A stretch of DNA of 64,000 bases, filler included, from Basidiobolus ranarum (GCA_040143965.1; 9 parts of 9 records of this genome joined end to end with filler, not necessarily neighbours in it), one strand, 5' to 3'. Positions 12,640 through 26,545 are shown, numbered from the whole stretch's first letter. Translations and numbers: made by a program. Notes: a model not told the origin generated them from the sequence alone.

Positions 12640-13976
12640 GCAATATTTGTCTAGAAACGGTGAGCATCAAGCTGGATTTATCACATTCATCGTTACACCT
12701 CGACAGTATTGAATCACATACACCAAGCATATCATCCAATCCTTTACTTATTCCACATTCCCAGGCAATCCTTGTTAATGCTTTTGTTTTATCCACTTCT
12801 GCCACTTGCTCTTTTCACTGTATATACGTATAACCAAGTGAGCAAAAGATCCCTAGGAGTAGAAAAAATCCTTACATGAGGACTGTTTACCTAATTTATG
12901 AACTCATTTATAAAATCAATATATCACATGTTCCATGGCTGGTAATATTTATACATTAGTATTTGGACTTTTGTGAGCAATGATTTTTTTGCGCTACTTC
13001 TCACATCCAAAGACATTGCGTTTATCCATTGTGTGGCCTCAGTTATAGAGGGATCTGCTTTCTAAATGAGTGAAATGACTTCAAGCAGGAAATATTTTCA
13101 ATGGATATGCATTGGAACTTTTGATGGCTTGAAATTGAGTACAGTCAAGGAAACTCTCTTTAATTGAGACAGAACTGATTTTCTGACTACAACTGAACTT
13201 TATACTATTTGTTGGTCGGACGGCATCTATTTTGCTTTTTACTTGATTGACAATTCTAAGGAATTCTGCGAAAAACAATGCCTCGGGTAAGATGCATAGG
13301 CCTCAACGTGTCAACATGAGTAATACCCTGAAGCACCCCATTAAACATTTATTACTTGTCAGATGATTTACCATGACAAATGTAACAAATACTATGCAAA
13401 TGTTGACACAGATGTTGATCTCTTATATTGTCCAATCTTCCGTATTTATTAAATTGGATTACATTATATATTTACATACTTATCTCCAATACTGATCATT
13501 ATTTGCTACTCTTCTCACAGTCACACCATTACTATTTCTATCAATTTATTTAGAGGTTACGTTTGAGTGGTGGGAAAACCTAGAGGAGTACACAGAGGTA
13601 AAGTCAAGTTTCTTTACTTTTGTAAGCATTTCAAAACAAATCTCCGTTCATCAGAAAATTTATACCAATTTTCAGTAAATTAAAGGAAACACCTACTGAA
13701 GAATTCAACTCAATTCAAACGAAAACATATTTACATATATATGCTGATATTCGACAAAAGTAGCGCTCACAAGATACTCTTTTGTCGTTTTCAACCACTT
13801 GAAATTCTTCTTTTATTTATTCCCTTTGAAAACTAAACTCTTCTGGGCGATTATACGAAGGCCTAAATCCTTCTCAAGTATACCAACATAATTTACCCCT
13901 CAATTTTGTTGAGCTCCCCCAAAAAGTATTAAGAAGACGTATATATCTGTCTTTATAGTTACTCTAGTTTAGCCCA

Positions 13977-14264
13977 ATGGAAACTTGCAGTTCAGACCCT
14001 ACGACCGAAAAACGAGTCAGGAATGCTCCTCTCACTATATCAAATATGCTAGTGTTCAATGAGCCGCGAAGACCCACAGATAGGGAACCCCTAAGGCACA
14101 AAGGTCTCACTCCTGGTAATGGTTCGAAATATACTGAGCAAAGTCTTTCAGATGAGGAATTATTTGATACCGAGGACCTCGAACACAATTCACCTATAGA
14201 TCAGTTCGAACCACGAAGTGAAGGATTTATTAAAATTGGGGTTCGAACACTTTACCAAGCTTGA
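13977..14264 (+). CDS. hypothetical protein, probably a first exon cut by the contig end
   Basis: ATG-initiated 95-codon hydrophilic ORF, GC-richer than its flanks, with TATATAT at about 13940. No recognisable domain. Confidence 0.4.
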   Translation: METCSSDPTTEKRVRNAPLTISNMLVFNEPRRPTDREPLRHKGLTPGNGSKYTEQSLSDEELFDTEDLEHNSPIDQFEPRSEGFIKIGVRTLYQA

Positions 14265-14289
14265 CTTACGACGCTGCGTAAAATAAAAG

Positions 14290-14389
14290 NNNNNNNNNNN
14301 NNNNNNNNNNNNNNNNNNNNNNNNNNNNNNNNNTTAATTAATTAANNNNNNNNNNNNNNNNNNNNNNNNNNNNNNNNNNNNNNNNNNNN
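14290..14389. other. artificial contig spacer
   Basis: Same 100-bp N/TTAATTAATTAA/N linker. Confidence 0.99.
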
Positions 14390-14721
14390 GCCTGTTGGAA
14401 GTGGTTTGGAGAATTAGAGGAATTGGTGGTTTTCACTTATTGATTTATTGAGTAGAAAGTTGACATTTATAGTTTTGTCAAGATGTAAACAAAATAATGT
14501 GTAGAATCTGTTAAGGGAGGTCTCAGGAACATGTGTGCAAAGTTTAGGACTTCTAGCACAAGTTTGAAAAAACTTTTATAGCTGAGAACATCTAAGTTGT
14601 AAAAGATATTCCAAGTAAATTCTAATTGCGGATAATGGGTAATATCTTAGTGAAATAAAAGATAACTTTATACTAAGCTATACATTAGTATATAGGTGCT
14701 TAGGCAATGCTAATTTCAACA
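14390..14721. mobile_element. LTR family A copy at contig start
   Basis: Colinear with 9416-9763; ends GCTAATTTCAACA. Confidence 0.85.
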
Positions 14722-15363
14722 TAGCATTCACAAAAATAATACACATGGTCTTAACCCTCATATATTAGGCATCGGTGTTGCCATATAAGTGAGCAACATG
14801 ATATTAACACTCTCTCTTGTATCTCCAACTCTGTGAAGTTATGGTGTATCTCAAAGACCTAAGCAGAAGGTAAAGTTCTTGGCTCTACTGATTAAATATG
14901 AGGTGGCTATACACATGCCAATGTTGCACAATAGTAATACCTCAATTTGCTTTACTTTATTTATAAGCCTTATTTTAGTAAGCTATCTGATAAATTTGCA
15001 TAAAAGAATAATGAACTTGACTTGGAAGTTTAGGCTAAGAGAAGGAAATATAACATATGCTGATCCACTCTTTTCATGTAGACTTGGATCCTTTATGCTC
15101 AAGCAAGTTACCTGCAAGAGAATATAGCTGACAGGCTCTGCAACAGTATTTTGACACATGATCTACTATATTTGATTCTTATATGTACCTATTAATTGCA
15201 AGATAATGTGTGAAAGAACTAATACTAGCAAAAATTTTGCTTCTAACAATGTCAGCTCAAAGCTGATGCACTGTGTATTTAAATAGCAGTCTATTATAAA
15301 GAGCATTGAATAGGCTTCATAATTAGGAAGCTGCTTACTCTGGTTAATCTGGGTGCTGTACAT

Positions 15364-15710
15364 TGTCATAGTATTTTGAGAGCATTTTGGACATGGTTAG
15401 GAGAACCAGAAAAATTGATGGTATTCAGCTACTGATTTATTGAGTTGAAGTTGACATTTACAACTCTGTGAGGAAGTACATAGACAAACATGTAAAATGT
15501 GTGAAGGAAGGTTCCAGGAGCATGTGTGCAAAGATTGTGGTATCTGGCACAATTTTCATAGTCTATATATCTGAGAACTTCTAAGTTGACATCAATATTA
15601 TAAGTAAGTTCTGATTGAGAATAGTGAGTGATATCTTTGCGAAGTATAGGTTACATAAATACAAAAATATATATACCTATATAGGTGCTCAGATGATGCT
15701 GATTTAAACA
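15364..15710. mobile_element. older LTR family A copy
   Basis: TGTCATAGTATTTTG...GATTTAAACA, colinear with 9416-9763 but more diverged. Flanks TACAT/AACAC match only partly. Confidence 0.75.
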
Positions 15711-16387
15711 AACACAAAGGCAAAAAATGTAGTGAATGTAGCAATCTAATCCTTAAATGCTAAAAAAAGCAAATCAGTTATGAACTGTAGTATATATCCT
15801 AATATTAAAGTGTTTTAGAATTGAGTCAATATCCCTGATCCAAACACTTGCTCCTAATAAATTATTTTAAACCTCTAGATACCTATCTATCAAAGTAGTT
15901 GAAACAATTCATCTTTCTAATCAAGTGTGTAGACCTGGATTGTGCTATTGATTAAAATATACCAGCTATCAGATCTGGAGTACAAGGTGCAAACTCAATC
16001 AATACTCTTATATTTGTCACCACTTTCTATTATCAGCAAATTGCCTAGGCTTTAGACCACAACTTTATGTTGCAACATGAATTATGTTTATCACTACTTT
16101 TATGTGATTTGTCACTTGTGTGCTTCAATTTTAGAACAAAAAAGATCAGGTTTGAGAAATAACGTGAGAGCATTCTAATTGTTAAGTATACTTCAAGCCC
16201 ATTGCTGAGTTATCCAAGTCCTGTTACCTATCTTCAATAATATCTAAAGCCCAAAAAAAGTTATATATTGACAGTTATCTAAATCTCAGTAAGAGAAGTG
16301 CCAGATTCGTCAGAGCAAGTTAGAATATCTACTTGCCTGAAAACATCCAACCACGAAGGTTTTTTGATCATACGGGATTTATTCTTT

Positions 16388-16552
16388 GTGATAGTGCCAG
16401 ATTGTGCTGTATATATCCTATTGGATAAAGTATTTTAAGATTTATGCGGCACAATTTGGCACTACACTCTGGCATGATCAATTTCAATCACAATCACTCT
16501 GATATATTGAGAGAAGGTCCAATAAATCCTGGCACAATGGAACATGTCCATT
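16388..16552. repeat. dispersed repeat, copy 1 (unclassified TE remnant)
   Basis: Colinear with 27682-27853 on another contig (GTGATAGTGCC...ATTGGATAAAGTATT...AATTTGGCACTA...AAGGTCCAAT...GCACAATGGAACA). Confidence 0.7.
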
Positions 16553-17170
16553 GCACTAGGATTTCAATGAACTCTTTGTGTCAAATTGCTAGGCTAAATA
16601 GATCTTGAAGTAAGATCCTAATATGCCTACAGATTCACTCATAAGTCCTTGAAAAGGTAAAAGAGGTTAGCTGGTGAAAGTACAATCTCTGGCTTGCTCA
16701 AAGAAAGAATATTCTATTTTGCCAGAATGGGTGAAGCAGTATTTTAATAGCGAAGGATATTTATAACCTACCACTATCAGAGCTCCCAACGAATACCTGC
16801 TCACCAACTAGTTGCAAAGACCATATAATGAATTGCTATGTGCCATAATAACTACAGGTAAAGACCGCAATATTACGATCAAATGGCAACGATCATGTTC
16901 ATATCCTACATAGCAACGTCACCTACTAGGGGGGGTTGATGGCTGAGTTAACTCCGTGTACTAAGGAATTGACCACAAACGTAATCAAACACAAATGCTC
17001 ACAAAGATGAAAATGGGATCTACCTTCTACAAAACTAAACTTTATTGGGATCATTATGGATGCCGAATGAAATGAGTTAATACCCTCATCTCGATAGAGA
17101 AATAAACCGAATTTCTAGGGGAGAACCGAATTATATCCCCATAGTTCATCTTTCATGAATAAGCAGTATA

Positions 17171-17479
17171 CTATTGTCTAGCAACAGTGGGTGTCAATGA
17201 GAACTGTACAGTTGGTTGGTATTTTCCGTCTACAAAAAATCCATTGTTTAGAACATCTTCGAAACTTGCAGCCATACGTAGTTTCCGACGAGCGGTTTCC
17301 ATCTGGTCCATATGAGTTAGTGGAATTACTTCTCGTGCTGAACGACTTCTCGTATTCGGCTCTATTGGCAGAAGCGCATTATTTTCTACGTTAATCCATA
17401 TACTCGGAAGCCCAGGGGATGTACGAGGCTTGCGTGCTGGCATCTTGAAGGGTGTTGTAGGAGATGAGTACGTAGGCAT
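17171..17479 (-). CDS. uncharacterised 102-aa protein, paralog of 19779-20258
   Basis: ATG-initiated ORF whose last ~45 aa align with the C-terminus of 19779-20258. TATA-like box at about 17653-17660 and a candidate 5'UTR intron at about 17501-17565. Confidence 0.7.
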   Translation of the reverse strand: MPTYSSPTTPFKMPARKPRTSPGLPSIWINVENNALLPIEPNTRSRSAREVIPLTHMDQMETARRKLRMAASFEDVLNNGFFVDGKYQPTVQFSLTPTVARQ

Positions 17480-19778
17480 ATTTCCGATAGGGGCTGAACA
17501 CTGACGAAATAAATATGTTTATTGGTAATGATGTAGCACACCTGGGCTACCCTAAAGCTTCTCACCTAACTGCAAAGGGGAATAAAATAATTAGAATAGG
17601 CAGAGCCAAGGAATAAGAGTAAGAGTATGATGGTTCTCTATGAAGAGGTCGAATATATATACGAATCGGAATAATCTTTAGATTAACAATCACTCAAATG
17701 GACTCTAGTTTTGTGACAGGTCCCAAGCAGGACGCGTCTTCGGGGTTTTGAATATGGCGACTTGAGTTCATACTTTGGAATACTTTGTTTCGCAATGCCG
17801 CTAATGATCAGTAAAGTTTTGAATCCGTTTGATTCAATCTATTCCCATTCCTAAACTTGCCTACTAAGGCTGAATTAATACCAAGCTTGAATAAGGGGCG
17901 GTGAGAATTTGGCGATGGCTGATTTCTTTGTTTTGAATAACCTTGATTGATAAGTCTGATGTTATACTAACAATATCGCTCTTGTGAGATGTCTTGCTTT
18001 CATCTATCTCATCGTTGGAGTCATCATGATAGAAACTGGAATGATGGTCCCAAAATTTTATTTGTGCTCGTTCAATCCGAGTCCTTCGTTTCTGACCCAA
18101 CCTTTTATTTGCCTTTGTCTGTTAATATCAACATAAATTCGATTTGAAATAAAATCAAGGTTAGGTGGACAGCAATACTAGTGGGGCCAGCCTCGAGCAG
18201 ATTTTAAAAATAGACTTGCCCCCCCCCCATGTAGCGGAGTGTTTCAGTGTATTGAGCGCCCCTGGTGAAGCAATAGGCGGTCCAACACATTCCAAAAATA
18301 CTGGACCTAGTTTAACCGTAATCAACTAATTATATCACCATATGGAGCTTAGCAACAAAGCCGTCACTATTGGAAAAGAACAACTTGAGGGCAACTCCTT
18401 TCCCACCCATAGAACATTCGTTTTCATCTATAATGCCCAAGGATAAGCTTTATAGTGCTTAGATTAACCTGTAGATGATGGACAGCATGTATATGGTGTT
18501 AAAGAGCTATATCATAGATATTATGGAGAACTACACAGCTCTCGGAACTTGCTTGAAAATGGTTTGAGATACTATTCAATCGAAAATGTCTTGATCCTTT
18601 TCAAACCATCGTAAAGCAATTGGAAGGGATCTAAGATCACACAAATTAGATACTCTGGAAGTTTCTGACTGTTTACAAATGATCCATTGGATATAATACG
18701 GATCTATGTTATATCAAGCACGAGCCCAGCTACTAATAACCAAATCTGCAACAACGTACAAACATGCTTCTGGTTAATGATTACTTGCACTTGTAGTCAG
18801 TTGAAAGGCTCTGCCGATCTCTTATGGCAGAGCCTACTCATCCCTTATATCAGCAGTGAGTAAATGTCCCGTAATAAAAAATAGATATGATCGGTGGACC
18901 GTACATATTCCTTGCTCATTAGATCATCGCTTCTGTGCATAGAGCCAAAAACAGAATTCAACGTGTACATCATCCGCTCTGTACGCTCCTAGCCTAGAAA
19001 CACGTCAAATAACACGTAGAATATGTGATCATCCTTGTCATTTTAGTGCTCCAACATCATTGGAAGAACGGGATGTCTGCTGGGTCCAAAAATGTGTGCA
19101 TGCTAATGAATATATTTATTGAGCCAAAGCCACCCACATGTCCAATACCTATGCAGTTACCGATACCGCTAGTGACCACCGCTACAGACCATGAGCGGTT
19201 GAGCCAGTACTTCTAAAAACCCTATCAATGGTGGCGACCTTCTGGATTCTACCAATTACCTAGTGAACATTGGCGTCTTAGTGGAGATAACATTGGCCAA
19301 CTGCTTCTGCTTCTTTAAGGGGAGATCACGTTACTCCTAAAAGTATGACAACGGAGTATGTGCGACTTCTCGATTTGGATATACCTGAGATGAGAGTGAA
19401 ACATGCATGCTTATATATATTTTCTAATTATACGCGAATTCAAATACGAATTTACTTCAAGGCATATATTATATTCAGGACAGTGACGCTTAATGACAGG
19501 ATAGATTTTCAACGACCTCTATGATCGTTCCTGATTACATAGGGATTTAATTGTATACTTAGAACCTTGCCGACTAATTTGAAGATTGCAGCCAAGACTA
19601 ATCACTTGCATACCAACAACTTTGGTCTAGGCAAGGGGAAATATAAAAGCAGGGTTTCAGTTCCGTCATTAATTTCACAAACAGCTCTCCATTGCAAGTT
19701 TCCTTCAAATCGTATCCTCCAAGGTGGCTACATTGAACTACAAAAGTTTAGTTTTAATTGATCTAGCAGCTACCACCA

Positions 19779-20258
19779 ATGGTTCGCAAATTTCTGAAAG
19801 CTCTTCCTAGACTCTCGTTGATGCCTCAAAGAGAACGCTCCGCAATTTCGCCAGTTTCCTCTCCCACCGCCCATAACTTTAGTTCTGATGGTTTTGCATG
19901 TAGAACTAAAATGGCCTATAATTTTCTGGACGACAAGATCGAAGTCAACAGAGTTCCCTCCACATCTGAAAAGAAATTTCTGAAGCCTCTTACACCTTTG
20001 TCCCCCAAGTTTGCCTCTCTAACCGACCCTCTAAGAACTCCAATATTTATGGAACAGTCACTAAAGTCTCCGTCTTTTCACCGTATGAACATTCAAGCTA
20101 CTTCTTTCCAAAAGGACAATGCAGAAACAGCAAAGGAAAGACTTCAAAGAACCAAGAATTTCGATGATATGATACATAATGGATTTTACAACGACTCCAA
20201 TGGGCAATACGAAGAAACTCTACGTTTTTCACTTACGCCGAGTGTAGCCAGGCATTGA
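19779..20258 (+). CDS. uncharacterised 159-aa Ser/Pro-rich protein, paralog of 17171-17479
   Basis: ATG-initiated ORF with TATAAAA at about 19642. C-terminus 'ETAKERLQRTKNFDDMIHNGF...ETLRFSLTPSVARH'. Confidence 0.75.
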   Translation: MVRKFLKALPRLSLMPQRERSAISPVSSPTAHNFSSDGFACRTKMAYNFLDDKIEVNRVPSTSEKKFLKPLTPLSPKFASLTDPLRTPIFMEQSLKSPSFHRMNIQATSFQKDNAETAKERLQRTKNFDDMIHNGFYNDSNGQYEETLRFSLTPSVARH

Positions 20259-21383
20259 ATAGGCTTGTAAAATAAGCCACTTCTTTAATCACATATTGCT
20301 AGCCCCATTTTCCCAGGCTTTGAAACGTTCTTCCACTCCCTTTGTTCAGCTATTACTTTCAAGCATGCTATAGTGTATATAGATTCTGATATATTATTGT
20401 TTGCATTTTAAACTTATTCATCTCTTTACGGATTTCTCCTTCATCGTCGCTTGTATTTCAGCTTGATTACATCTAGATACGGCCAGAAAATGAGACTGGT
20501 GAAATAAAGGTTATTATCCTATAGTTAACTTTCCTTTCGCTACGTAATTATCGAGCATTCTTTTGTCTATGTTGAATATAGAAGAACCGATCATTATATT
20601 TTGACCCTTGGCGGGAAATTTGAGCGGCGCTTCAGTGATTCATGAGTTTTCATCAACTATTCTTGCCAATGCTATTTTCGATTACTTAGCCTATGCATAT
20701 CTATTTTGGGTGAACTTCAACCGATTCGGCTGAATATGTTCTATTCCGATGACTCTGACTTTGTACATGGACTGTACTCCTTAAATTATTACAGACTGTC
20801 TCAAGCTGAGAAGTAGTCGGATATCAGCCTCTTTCAAACGTCTATTATGAAGGACTGTCATTTCCCTGAGGTGGACGTTCATAATTGAATCACTGATATA
20901 GACATCCAAGCTTAGTTGCATTATTACCTCCGATGGGTTCGAAAGTCCGAAATGAGAAGAAATATCAGGGAGGCTATAACTAAGTAAAATTGCAGTAACC
21001 AATCGAACAATACTATGAACTCTTCTAGTTCTTACTTAAATTGGAAGTAGATTAAATTCCACAAGCCAATCTTTTAATTTGTCGTCCAATATTTCCAAAA
21101 GTAGACAATATATGGCTTGGTCTCAATTTCTAGATTAGGATATGTCTGGCGGCTTTGCTACCACCCAGTCAGAGACTTGCGTTCTCGACTCTCTCACTTG
21201 TGATCAATTCGAAAATCTTTTTCTCATAGGTATTTGTACTTGTGGGCTTAGAAATTGAACTTTCTTACTTCCTTTACTTGCATTGAAGAGCATTAATCAC
21301 ACCTGGAGTATTGGGAAGTCATATCTGTGGCTGAGGGGTTTGATGTCTGAAAAGTGTAGGGACAGTTGTTGCAACCTCCGATC

Positions 21384-21467
21384 TATTGAAATTAGCATAG
21401 CCTAAACACCTAAATAGTCATATATAGCTTAGTATTTAGTTATTCCATATTTCACAAAGATATCACC
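21384..21467. mobile_element. LTR family A fragment, inverted, at contig end
   Basis: Reverse complement of the right end of 9416-9763. Confidence 0.8.
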
Positions 21468-21567
21468 NNNNNNNNNNNNNNNNNNNNNNNNNNNNNNNNN
21501 NNNNNNNNNNNTTAATTAATTAANNNNNNNNNNNNNNNNNNNNNNNNNNNNNNNNNNNNNNNNNNNN
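21468..21567. other. artificial contig spacer
   Basis: Same 100-bp linker. Confidence 0.99.
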
Positions 21568-23699
21568 AGAATTGTATTTCATTTAAAGCTCTGTATGGAT
21601 AAAAACCAAGTGTGGATGAACTCAGGAGCTTTGGTTATGCAGCATATTGACTATTTCCTGCTTAAAAATGCTCCAAACTGGAACGCAAAAGCAGAAAATG
21701 CATATCTCATGGCTACTGTGATGGATCCAAGACCTACAGAATATTTTACACTAAAAATCAGAAGTTGTTTAAGTGCAAAATTGAGATTCTTGATGAAAAA
21801 GCAAATTTTTTGCCTCAAATCACAGTTCTTGATTCAGAAAATGTAATCAACACTTTTCAGGGAGTCTCTGTCAAAATTCCAGCTGTAACTAAGCCCTACT
21901 AAGCTATAATACAATCCAATTTATAGTAAAGTATGATTTAGGACCCAGGAAATCATCCAGAAATAGAAATAAGCCAGATAACTGGTGAAACACTACCAAT
22001 GCTGACATATATGCTTATGCGTCATTCTGTAACATACACAGACTCTTGATTAGGCTCATGATTATCTAGAAGAAACAATTTGAGAAGAGCAATGACTGAT
22101 GCGTTTTCTTAATTTGAGTGCAATAAAGCAAGGGTTTGCAGTCCATTACCATCAGGGAGATAGCTGATAGGCTGCAAATGGGTCTACAAAGTCACAAACT
22201 GAGCTGATGGAGCCATGGAAAGGTACAAAGCAATATCTGGTGCAAAACATTATTAACAGACTCTGGGAGTTGATATTAATGCAACCTTTGCTCCAGTAGC
22301 TCTATTGGATCAATCCTGGCCCTTGCAGCCATTCATAACCTTGGTTTACATCAAAGAGATGTAAAAATAGCAACTTTGAATGGAAATATAGATGATGAGA
22401 TCTGTATGGTGCAACCAGATGGATTTATTTACCCAAAACATGCTGATATTCCTTTAACTGCAGATATTACTATATGGATCTAAGCAAGTTCTTAGAGCAT
22501 AGAATAAAAAAATACATACTAATATGAAATTATTAGAAATACACAAGTGTACTGCTGTTTGCAGTATTTGCATCAAAGCAACTGGAAATAGGATCCTTAG
22601 CTTGGCACTACATATGGACGACTTGATCATGGCCACAAATGATCTTGAAACACTTAATCAAATCAAATGCAGCTGATCAAATCTACCTCAGATGACTGTT
22701 ATGGGTGAATTAAGTTACTTTCTTGGAATCCAAGTTAATAGAAACAAACCCAATCAGAATATCAAGAATCTGTCTAGATACATTCCAGATATTGTAAGAT
22801 GTTTCAATATGGAAAATAGCAGGCCTGTATTGATATCAATGGATCACAATGTGAAATTAATTACAATTGCTTCTGATTTGGTCCATAATGACTCAAATCA
22901 GAGCCAGGAGTTCCCTTATAAAACCATGGTGGGTTATTTAATATATACAATGGTCAGAACACATCCAGACATTGCTTTGCCAGTGGGAACTCTCAGCCAA
23001 TATCTCAGAAATTCAGGATCTGAGCACAGAACTGCTGTAAAAAATCATTCTGGAATCTGAGAGGAACTCTAGATCTAGTTCTAGAATCTTCTGCCACTCC
23101 TGATGCACAAATTTTTGAAGGCTACAGTGATGCAGACTGGGGAAGAAACCTTGATGATAGAAGATCAACATTTGTGTAAACTTTTCTTGATGGTAATGGA
23201 GCCATAACTTGAAATAGTAAGAAGCAACCAACTGGAGCACTTTCCACTACAGAAGCAGAGTATATGGCTGCATCTGCTACTACACAAGAAGCTATGTAAT
23301 TAAGGAAGTTATTTACAGACTTAGGAAACATGCAAAAACATGCTATTACTGTATTGGAACATAATCAAAGTTGTATTTCCTTCCTAATAACCCAATATTT
23401 CATGCTAGAACAAAATGAATAGATATTGGGCATCATTGAATTAGAGAAGCAATAGGGAATGACATAATCAAACTTGTCTATAGCCCTACTGAAGAAATGA
23501 TTGCTGACATCTTAACCAAACCTTTAGCTAAAGCACAATTTGAATCATTAAGTTATATCTTATGTTTAACAGAAATACAAAATTTTAAATTGAGTGGGAA
23601 TGTTGAAGTTGAGTAAAAAGCAGCTCATTATTTAGTAATTACATTACTTATATTGTGACTATTTGGCACTCAATTCTACCTTCCAAAACTTGTTTTTAT
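21568..23699 (+). mobile_element. degenerate Ty1/copia element: integrase C-terminal region, RT, RNase H, PPT and start of 3' LTR (family B)
   Basis: Remnants 'IGCKWVYK', 'MERYKA', 'HMDDL', 'MGELSYFLGIQV', 'THPDIA', 'GYSDADW', 'ALSTTEAEY', 'MIADILTKPL' with many stops and frameshifts. PPT GAGTGGGAA at 23592-23600, then TGTTG at 23601. Confidence 0.93.
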
Positions 23700-26545
23700 T
23701 GACAAAATTGTTCAAGGGATTTGAAAGTGTCTTGGTCAATAATGGATATGTGAATGAGACACTTGAGTTTTATTGGATTGAATATGTCCCATTTAGAGTT
23801 TACTATGAGATGCAACTATAGGACATGCTTAGATCTTAACAAACATGTCTGTCAAGCATGGGTGAAAACCTGAGGTTGTTTGGAAAAGTTTTGACAAAAT
23901 GGTGAAAACTGGTAAGAGTGATCTAATTAATATTTCTATCAGATAGGGCAATAAACATATGTTTTTGAATGGCAGAATTCAGTGCTAAATAATCAGAATA
24001 AGAATATACTAACTATTTAATAATGAGTTGCCATTTACCTATTTTCAATATTACCACTCAACTAATCATTTTGTATTTCTCTATCATTTCTTTAGTAGGG
24101 CAATAGACAAGTTCAATAATATCATTCTGTTTTGCTTCTCTAACAAAATGATGCTTAATATCTACAAGTTTTGTTCTAGCATGAAATGTTGGGTGTTTAG
24201 TAATGAAATACACTTTGATTATCCTTGAATACAGTAATAGCACATTTTTGCACATATTCTAAGTCTGTTAATAACTTCTTTAACTACATAGCTTCTTGCA
24301 TAGGAGCAGACACAGCCATATACTGAGCTTCTGTAGTGGACAGTGCCGCAGTTGGTTGCTCCTTACTTAACCAAGTTATGGCTTCATACCCATATAGAAG
24401 AGTGTGCCCAGTTGTTGATATTCTATCATCAAGGTTTCTTCTTTAGTGTGTATCACAGTTGCCTCCAAAATTATGTTGATCAGGAGTGGTGGAGTATTCT
24501 AGAATTAGATCTACAGTTCCTTTCAAATACCTAAATATTCCTCTTGCTGCAGTTTTGTGCTTAGATCCTGAATCTTTGAGATATTTGCTGAGAGTTCCCA
24601 CTGGTGCAGCAATGTCTGCATGTGATCCAACCATCATAGACATTAAACACCCACCATAGATTGAAAAGGAAACTCCTGGCTTTGATTTTAGTCATTATGG
24701 GCCCAATTGGATGAAACTATGATTATCTTCACATTGGGATTGATATTGCCACAGGCTTGCTATTCTCCACATTGAAGCATTTCAGGATATCTAGGATATA
24801 TCTAGATGTATTCAGCCTGATGTTTGGATTGGTTTTATCTCTTCTAATTTGGATTCAAAGAAAGTAACTTACATCAATTGTATCAGTCATCTGAAATTGG
24901 TATGATAAGCTACTTTTCATCTGATTAAGTGCTTCTAGATCATTTGTAGCTTTGATCAAGTCATCCACATGTAATGCTAAGATGAGGTTCTTATTTCTGG
25001 TTGTTTGATGTAAATACTGTGATTTGCCATGCATTTGTGGAATTCAAGTGAATCCAAATGGGTATCTATTTTATTGTACCATGCTCTGGGTGCTTGCTTG
25101 AGTCCATATATTGATGTATGCAGTTTAAAGACCATATCAGGATGTTTTGGGTCAACAAATCCATCTGGTTTCTCCATACAGATCACTTCTTCTGGGTTTC
25201 CATTCCAAAAGGTTGTTTTTACATTCAATTGTTTTTAATCAATGTTATGTATGGCTGTGAGTGCCAGCTTTGATTTAATGGAGCTGAACTTAGCCACTGA
25301 AGCCTGTATTTTATCAAAGTCAATGCCTGGAGTCTAGGTATACCCTTTTGCAACTAATCTTGCTTTGTACCTTTCTATGGCTCCATCAACTTGGTTCTTG
25401 ACCTTCTTGTTACATTTGCAGCTTATTGGCTTTCTTCCTGATGGTTGAGGATGTAAAACCTTATTTTTATAGTCTTGAATTGAAGAAAACTCATCAGATA
25501 TTACTTTTCCCATAATTGAGATTCTACATACTTGAGCGCTTGATCCAGAGTCTGTGGCTCATCACAGAATGCTGCATAAGCATGTACATCATCATTCAAA
25601 GTATTCCACCAGTTTGCTGGCTTTTCTCTGCTACTGTATACTCTTCTTGGTCCTGAATAATCCTCTGATACAGATGGGACTTGTTTTTCAGTTGAATAGG
25701 GTTCATAAGAAGCTAGATTTTTGTCAGACACTTCCTGAATAGTGCTGACTGCGTTTTCAGGATCCAGAACTGTGATTTGAGGTGAAAAGCTTGCTTTTTC
25801 ATCAAAAGTCACATACTGGCACCTAATTGTCTTCTGATTTTTGGCATCAAGCAGTTTGTAGGCCCTAGATGCATCATGGTAGCCAAGAAATATGCATTTT
25901 GGCTTTGAGGATCAAATTTAGAGCATTTTTGAGCTGGAATTAGGCAAAATGCTGTGCAACCAAGGATCCTGAGATGATACACTTGGTTTAGAACCATATA
26001 GGGCTTTAAATGGCATAGAAAATCTTAGCAATCTTTTTTGGCATCTAATTTTCATATAGACTGCAGTGGAGACAGATTCAGCCCAATATTGGTAATCTAT
26101 CTTTGGATCATATTACCTTGATCTAGCCATTGCCACTCTGATCTTATTAGCCTGATCTGCAACTCTATTTTACTATGGAGGTATGGTACATTAGATTGTT
26201 GCTTGATTCCATGTTTAGAACAAAAACTGGCAAAGTCATTAGAGTGTTATTGTCCACTATTATCACTCCATAGTACCCCTATCATTTGTGCTGATTCTTT
26301 AGGACCTTTTCCTGCCTATTAAGATGTTTTTATAAGCCCACATAGGTCAAAATGAATCAGGGCAAAATTCTGAGTTGATTTGATCTCTCCAGAGCTTTGA
26401 AACATCTGTCTGCAAAGTTTTGCTTATATGAAACCTTCACACAGATCCATTTAAAGAGAGTTTCAATATATAAGCCTGAAACAAGATTATTTGCAAACAT
26501 TTGTGAAAGTTTTTATTCCCCAACACAGCCAAATCTCTTGTTTCC
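23700..26545 (-). mobile_element. degenerate Ty1/copia element of the same family: integrase, RT, RNase H and complete 3' LTR (23700-24050); 5' part missing
   Basis: 'SIYGLKQAPRAWYNKID', 'FHARTKLVDIKHHFVRE', 'LRILGCTAF'. The LTR is colinear with 51564-51912 and 55731-56080. PPT-like tract at 24051-24061. Confidence 0.92.

Noticed and set aside
14879-15369. 'YADP' and nearby peptides as a LINE RT remnant
   Set aside because: No other RT motifs in order; only the CpG-poor composition suggests a repeat origin.
17864-18118. Minus-strand open frame between the paralog pair
   Set aside because: No ATG, no recognisable motif and no convincing partner exons.
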